A stretch of DNA of 64,000 nt from Ginglymostoma cirratum (taxonomy: Eukaryota). Where the stretch lies: the NCBI GenBank assembly GCA_024137785.1, contig JAHRHZ010000009.1, positions 12,534,406-12,598,405 on the forward strand, read 5' to 3'. The position numbers and the translations under genes were made by a program. Position 1 is the first letter of the stretch; each line of letters starts with the position of its first letter. The notes below the pieces were generated by a model, which was given only the letters and a program-made list of their open reading frames with translations, did no database searches and was not told the DNA's origin. Below, in pieces: positions 61,300 through 64,000 of this stretch.

Positions 61300-64000
61300 T
61301 GGTAATGACTATGACTGCAACATGTGGGAATCTGTGGAAGGTACAGCAAACCCATAAACAGGAAGTGTCTGCAGTTTGCACAATGTTGATTCAGAGTTGC
61401 TGAGCTGCAGACTGAGTTGCAGACACTGCGAAGTATCAGAGAAAGGTTACCTGGATGCTTTGTTCCAGGAGGCTGTCACATGCCTTAGGTCAGATAGAAA
61501 TTTAGAGCTGATGAACAATCTGGGACACAGGAGAGTGAGTCAGGCAGATATGGAGATCCAGATTGCAGTGACAGAAGAGCCTCAGCCCCTGAATTAGTCC
61601 AATAGGTTCAAAGAGTTTGTTACCTTTATGGGCAAGACCTGAGGGTGGATGAACAGACTAACTATGGCACCATGGTGCATGATGACATTCAAGGGTTGGG
61701 GAGTTGCAGGATTATGGTAATGATAGGTGAAAATAAAATCAGCTGTGAATGGGAGGTCCAGTGGTTGTTTTGCTGGCCCAGTGTCAAGATTAAAGACATA
61801 TCCTTGCATTTGGAAAATGAATTGGAGTGGAAATTGGCAGGGGATCCAATTAGTCTCTGGAGGGTACCAACAGCATAGATAAAAACAAGAATGATGTTCT
61901 GACAAGACAGTGTGACAAGTTAAGCTCCAAATAATAACACAAGGCATCAACACTAATCAATCAGGAAACACACACCAATTGGCATAAAATCAACAGATTA
62001 GTGAATTAGGGCAGCATGGTGACTCAGTGGTTAGGACTGCTGCCTCACAGTGCCAGGGACCAGGTTTCAATTCCACCCTCAGGTGATTGTGCCAACTCCA
62101 CACAAACATTCTCCCCGTTTCTGCACGGGTTTCTTCCAGGTGCTCCGGTTTCCTCTCACTGTCCAAAGATGTGCAGGCTTGGTGGATTGGCCATGTTAAA
62201 TTGCCTGTAGTGTTCAGGAATGTGTGGGTTTCAGGGGGATGGGTCTGGATGGGGATGCTCTGAGGGTGGGTGTGGACTTGTTGGGCCGAAGGGCCTGTTT
62301 CCACACTGTAGGGATTCTATGAAGTCTATGAATTAAATGTGTGCCTCAAAGAGTGGTGTTGGAACAAGATGCTTCAATTTTTACAGCACTGGCACTGGTA
62401 CAAGGAATGTGGAAACAGTTCTTTTCAGCAGAGTTGCATTTATTTAAACCAGGCAGAAATCAATATTCTGGCAAATTGTTTAACTAGGGCTGTGGAAAGG
62501 ACTTTAAAATAAAAGAGAAGGGGAGAATTTGATTGAAGGTAAGTTCAGAAATCGAAAAGGAAAGGTCAAGGCAATAGAACATTAAAATAATGTGGGTAAA
62601 TGCCAGCAGAGTGGGACAGAGGGCGTAACATAAATTGTACAGGGAATAAAGCCATTGCAAGCAATAGAAGAAAAAGAAATAAAGTTAAGGTTTTTTTATC
62701 TAATGCGTGAAGAATCATCAATGGGCTGAATCAAAGGTAAGAACAGGGATAAATGATTTATATCGAATTACCATCAACTTGAGAAATTAATATTCCATGG
62801 TACATAATATGCTGGAAAAAGAGATTGACAAAGGAGGACAGGGAGCTCCGTTAGTAAAGGTTGTGATAAGTATACTAGTGAGAAAGAAACTGGCATCAGA
62901 AGATCCTTTAAGTACAATCAGTCCTAATCAGGAGATTAGGAATGGAGTAATTAGGGAGGATTAAATACTAATGTCACTGTGAAAGATCCACTGGGAAATA
63001 GTGATCATAAAACATTGCATCCAGACCTGAGTATGTGTGATTTGCAGTGAGCATTGATCTGATTAGGCTAATCATTATCTCGTAGGACTGTTTTATGTAC
63101 CCTACTTTAGGGTCAAGCCACAGTGGGCAAATGGCTTGAACACTATTTATGAGACTGCAGATAAGGCCAAGCCTTTAGCCTTTGGAAACCCAACACATAC
63201 ATTGGCCAGTGAATATAACCTTGCAGTCAATGGTGACATATTGATATATGGCTGCCATTTTTGAACGAGAAAATTGAGGGACTAAAATCCCTGGGACCTG
63301 ATAGAGTACATGCTCAGGTCTGAAACAGAGATTTCTACAGAGATAGTACACGCCTGAGCTTTGATTTTCCAAACTTTCTTATGTTTGGCAATGTTCATCA
63401 TCAGTTTGCAAACTGGCAAATGTAACACCACTTTTCAATGAGGGAGGGGGTGACAGAAACAGTGAACCAGAGGTCAGTTACCCTAATATTATTCATTTAG
63501 AAAATGCTGGAATTGATTTTTACTTAGAAAAGTACAGTATGATTTTATAAAAGGAAATTCCTATTTGACACTTTTATTAGATTTTGAGAATGTAACCACT
63601 AAGGTGAATAATTGTATCTGGATTTTCAGAAGGAATTTGATAAGGTGTCACACAAAAGATAAATAAGCTACAAAAGAACTCATGGAATTGAAAGCAATAT
63701 ATTAACAGGGATAAATAATTTGAGCAGTGAACATTGAAAACAATCCCCTACTGTCTTATTATGGGCAGTACAAAACATTTTAAAGTAATCGGGTTGTGAC
63801 TAGTGCAGGGCTGCAAGAATCATTTGTAAGGCCTCAGCCATTTACAATCTGTATTAATGACTTAAATGAAAAGCCAGAGAGTAATTCATCGAAGTTTACT
63901 GAAGATACAAAGATACTGAAGATAAAAAAGGTAGGTGGGAAGGCAATCTGTGGAGATAACACAAAAAGGCAACAAAGAGCTAAAGACAATTTAAGTGTGA
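61300..64000 (+). mobile_element. Decayed CR1 LINE (ORF1 remnant to RT)
   Basis: YLDALFQEAVT ORF1-like remnant; YLDFQKEFDKVSH and KFTEDTK RT remnants. Confidence 0.75.
62008..62330 (+). mobile_element. HE1-type SINE nested in CR1
   Basis: gggcagcatggtgactcagtggttag...gcctgtttccacactgtagggattctatg. Confidence 0.85.

Noticed and set aside
2262-62330. tRNA-like A/B boxes as tRNA genes
   Set aside because: They are SINE heads followed by SINE bodies and LINE-like tails; no complete cloverleaf seen

Overview
Vertebrate genomic DNA, most likely an elasmobranch (shark), inferred from HE1-type SINEs, abundant CR1 LINEs and Penelope-like elements (PLEs). The only clear host gene is the 3' half of the P4-ATPase flippase ATP11A on the minus strand. 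Ten constitutive exons (60241 to 39190) join in frame with canonical GT-AG ends. There is also a 24-nt microexon and several alternative C-terminal exons (33893, 24516, 24318, 21344). The two near 24.3-24.5 kb resemble the alternative tails of the paralog ATP11C as I recall them. Most of the rest is transposon-derived: CR1/L2 fragments, tRNA-derived SINEs, a decayed Gmr1-like Gypsy element, a Harbinger-like element and at least three PLE families. The PLEs carry about a dozen minimal hammerhead ribozyme motifs, often in TSD-flanked inverted insertions. Other features are a 23-bp minisatellite upstream of an alternative exon, a local templated duplication, a 400-N gap, and a CpG-rich stretch near 1.1-1.7 kb that may be the first exon of the next gene. 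Exon boundaries were read by hand; repeat boundaries are approximate; homolog sequences are quoted from memory and need database checking.
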